Assembly: GCA_964509925.1 (NCBI GenBank)
Contig: CAZDZI010000005.1
Coordinates: 1-33,481, forward strand
From: Candidatus Woesearchaeota archaeon
Lineage (GTDB): Archaea; Nanobdellota; Nanobdellia; Pacearchaeales; GW2011-AR1
Length of the DNA stretch: 33,481 nucleotides
Direction: 5' to 3'
In this document: positions 33,384 to 33,481 of the stretch, piece by piece
Layout of the letters: each line of letters starts with the position of its first letter
Position numbering within the stretch: position 1 is the stretch's first letter
Notes under the pieces: generated by a model
Told to the model about the DNA's origin: nothing
The model's input: only the letters and a program-made list of their open reading frames with translations
The model's database searches: none
Position numbers and translations under genes: made by a program

Positions 33384-33481
33384 ATGAATAAATATGGAAA
33401 AATAGCAATACTGCAAATAATGATTTTATTAGTTGGTGTAGTAGCTTTTGCTTATATGATTGGGATTGCTAATATTGGGTT
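33384..33481 (+). CDS. Membrane protein, 5' fragment (C2); probable counterpart of the TM-plus-C-terminal part of B1
   Basis: The ATG lies 2 nt after the B2 stop. MNKYGKIAILQIMILLVGVVAFAYMIGIANIG... is hydrophobic. The ORF runs off the window edge. Confidence 0.45.
   Translation, partial: MNKYGKIAILQIMILLVGVVAFAYMIGIANIG

Noticed and set aside
1-33481. Prophage, integrative element or defence island (looked for integrase, transposase, toxin-antitoxin pairs, restriction-modification, Cas genes)
   Set aside because: None recognised. The small RHH protein has no adjacent toxin-like partner. The tRNA-Phe is not flanked by an integrase or by a duplicated tRNA 3' end.

Overview
This AT-rich (about 30% GC by eye) window looks like an archaeal chromosome segment, most likely from a small-genome DPANN-type archaeon. 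The support is archaeal/eukaryotic-type markers: ribosomal proteins eS19, eL39 and eL31, PCNA, an archaeo-eukaryotic primase, Cbf5, TrmY, class I LysRS, an archaeal type RNase P RNA and a form III RuBisCO. The window opens with the 3' end of a 23S rRNA; no 5S rRNA follows. Next come a SERCA-like P-type ATPase, RNase P RNA, tRNA-Phe, CysRS, a RuBisCO-NUDIX-NFACT_R-YhbY operon, an RRM protein and a ribosomal-protein cluster. These are followed by AlkD, Cbf5/TrmY, acylphosphatase, RNase HI, LysRS, an Hjc-like nuclease, a ComEA-like protein, a fused PriS-PriL primase and PCNA. No CRISPR array, transposase or integrase was seen. The most unusual content is surface-related. From about 24.8 kb to the window end lies a duplicated cassette with no recognisable domains. 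It runs: small RHH regulator, protein with a class III (pilin-like) signal, giant cysteine-rich membrane protein, two lipobox proteins, then a second pilin-like protein and a second cysteine-rich protein that is split where the first copy is fused. Other accessory signals include two more Cys-rich anchored surface proteins and a lipobox protein with a bacterial-style beta-barrel C-terminal signature. There is also an unannotated 40-aa Cys/His-rich ORF coupled to cysS, and a very regular leaderless promoter geometry. All functional calls come from motif recognition by eye; no database search was run.
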